Source: Bellilinea caldifistulae
GTDB taxonomy: Bacteria; Chloroflexota; Anaerolineae; Anaerolineales; Anaerolineaceae
Assembly (NCBI RefSeq): GCF_001306055.1
Contig: NZ_LGHJ01000014.1
Span: 90,001 to 122,000 of the forward strand
DNA: 32,000 nucleotides
Reading direction: 5' to 3'
The notes beneath the pieces were generated by a model that was given only the letters and a program-made list of their open reading frames with translations, made no database searches and was not told where the DNA came from. Below are positions 30,666 through 32,000 of the stretch, piece after piece (within the stretch, counting starts at the first letter, position 1; every line of letters begins with the position of its first letter). The translations under genes and the position numbers were made by a program.

Positions 30666-32000
30666 TTAGCGGGCGGGCAGCATGACATGAAATTGAGTAC
30701 CTTGTCCGGGTTTGCTTTCCACCCAAATTTTACCATTGTGGCGGCTTACCATTTCCTTAATGGTTTTCATCCCAACGCCCAAGCCGCCGAAACGTCGCGG
30801 CTGGGTCTGCTCGTTGCCCGCTTCGCTTTCAAAAAGGCGGGCAGCAATCTGAGCATCCAGACCCGCTCCGCTGTCGCTGACAATCAGGTGAGCATCGTTT
30901 CCGTCGGTTTTTTCCAGTTTGATCCGTACCTGACCACCACTATTGCAGAATTTGATGGCATTGCTCACCAATCCGTTTAGAATTTGGGCGATTTGCCGTT
31001 CATCACCCGAAATGTAGATCGGCTGGGGCGGCAAATCGGTGATCAGAGAAAGGTTGCTTTTTTGGGAAAATGGCAAAAAATGACCGGCAGTCACCCGAAC
31101 CACTTCGGTCAGGTTCACCTCACGGGCCGGTCGCTGACTGCGCGGCGTCTGTATGGGTGTGATCGCTTCGGAAAGCTGGTTCAAGGTATCCAGCGACTGA
31201 CGTAGCATGGTCAAATTTTCGCGCTGGGCAGATGACCAGCGGATGGTCGGATCTTGGAGCAATCGTTCCAGCGCGCCATATTGGACTTCAACTGCCCGGC
31301 GCAGTTCCTTTTTGATTTTTTGCAGCAATTCGATGGTGATTTTTTCCCCCGTCAGGGCATTTTCAGCCAGCGATTGCTGCTGACGAGCACGTTCTTCCAT
31401 AATCCGGAAAAGCCGGGCGTTGACCAGCGAAATTGAAGCAAAGTCCGCAATGGATTCAACCAACCGCTGTTCATTCTCTCGGAAGGGTTCGGACTTGCGA
31501 CGAATGAGCGTCAGCAAGCCAATGACCTGTTTGGAAACCTTTACCGGTACAATCAAAGCAGATTGACCCAGCGCCGAAACTTTAAACCGTTTGAGCGGTT
31601 CGCCGTGAATACTGAGCGGTTCACCGGACATGGCTACGAGAGAACTGATGCCGTCATCCCATGCCTGGTTCAACCGCACCGGCATGGAAGGTGGTAATTT
31701 ATGCTGGGCAACCAGCACAAAAGCCTTGCTGGGTTCTTCTCGCAGTAAAAACCAGCCGATTTCGGCATGAGTAATCTGAGTGACGCTTTCCAGGATTTTT
31801 TCGAAGAGGGCCGATTGATCGGTAAGCGAGGTAACCGCTTTGGCAATTGAAAAAATGGTGGTCAGTTCACGGATGCGCTGCTGTAATTCCTGATTGGTTT
31901 GCTGTAATTGCGCAGCCAGTCGTTCCCGCTCGCGGCGTTCTCGGACCTGCGAGAGGTTACGCTCCACCGCAGAAAGCACTTCTGCTTCGCGCGCCGGCCA
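30666..32000 (-). CDS. GAF-domain sensor kinase-like protein, N-terminus beyond the window; the H-box His appears to be missing
   Basis: HATPase_c motifs are intact (NAIKF, DSGAGL, GGLGVGM). The DHp helix reads KIKKELRRAVEV where SHELRTPL is expected. The reading frame stays open to base 32000. Confidence 0.85.
   Translation of the reverse strand, partial: WPAREAEVLSAVERNLSQVRERRERERLAAQLQQTNQELQQRIRELTTIFSIAKAVTSLTDQSALFEKILESVTQITHAEIGWFLLREEPSKAFVLVAQHKLPPSMPVRLNQAWDDGISSLVAMSGEPLSIHGEPLKRFKVSALGQSALIVPVKVSKQVIGLLTLIRRKSEPFRENEQRLVESIADFASISLVNARLFRIMEERARQQQSLAENALTGEKITIELLQKIKKELRRAVEVQYGALERLLQDPTIRWSSAQRENLTMLRQSLDTLNQLSEAITPIQTPRSQRPAREVNLTEVVRVTAGHFLPFSQKSNLSLITDLPPQPIYISGDERQIAQILNGLVSNAIKFCNSGGQVRIKLEKTDGNDAHLIVSDSGAGLDAQIAARLFESEAGNEQTQPRRFGGLGVGMKTIKEMVSRHNGKIWVESKPGQGTQFHVMLPAR

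Overview
This window looks like ordinary chromosomal DNA from a moderately GC-rich, probably anaerobic bacterium. The gene content suggests a Chloroflexota/Anaerolineae-like organism: PFOR, a tungsten-type AOR with its radical-SAM maturase, and the DUF3090/SCO1664 pair that I recall as Actinobacteria/Chloroflexi-restricted. That lineage call is inference only. I see no transposase, integrase, CRISPR array, rRNA or tRNA. Gene order, left to right: (1) a cell-envelope sugar module, wecC (5'-truncated), wecB and a GT-B glycosyltransferase, joined by ATGA overlaps. (2) A DoxX membrane protein. (3) A minus-strand run of a phosphoribosyltransferase, a PAS-GAF-GGDEF cyclase, a PHP phosphoesterase and a large exported beta-helical repeat / polytopic membrane protein. 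(4) A minus-strand operon of an AOR-family oxidoreductase, a radical-SAM/SPASM maturase and two MoaD-like proteins, with a candidate Moco/Tuco riboswitch in the leader. (5) A divergent SmtB/CzrA-type ArsR repressor and P1B-2 metal ATPase, with a near-consensus promoter and palindromic operator. (6) A minus-strand run of a C26 amidotransferase, murI, DUF3090 and an SCO1664 kinase-like protein. (7) rplS facing rpsU-infA across back-to-back promoters; rpsU has a leader that ends in a strong terminator. (8) A lipoprotein with three tandem FAS1 domains. (9) PFOR (nifJ-type) followed by a DHOD-like protein that appears to lack the DHOD catalytic motif. (10) NUDIX, LysM and DNPH1/Rcl-like genes. (11) Two adjacent sensor kinases that both look degenerate at their phosphotransfer residues. 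The most interesting items are the AOR maturation module with its leader RNA, the uncharacterised DUF3090/SCO1664 pair, the rpsU attenuator-like leader and the degenerate kinase pair. All homology calls come from motif recognition by eye; no searches were run.
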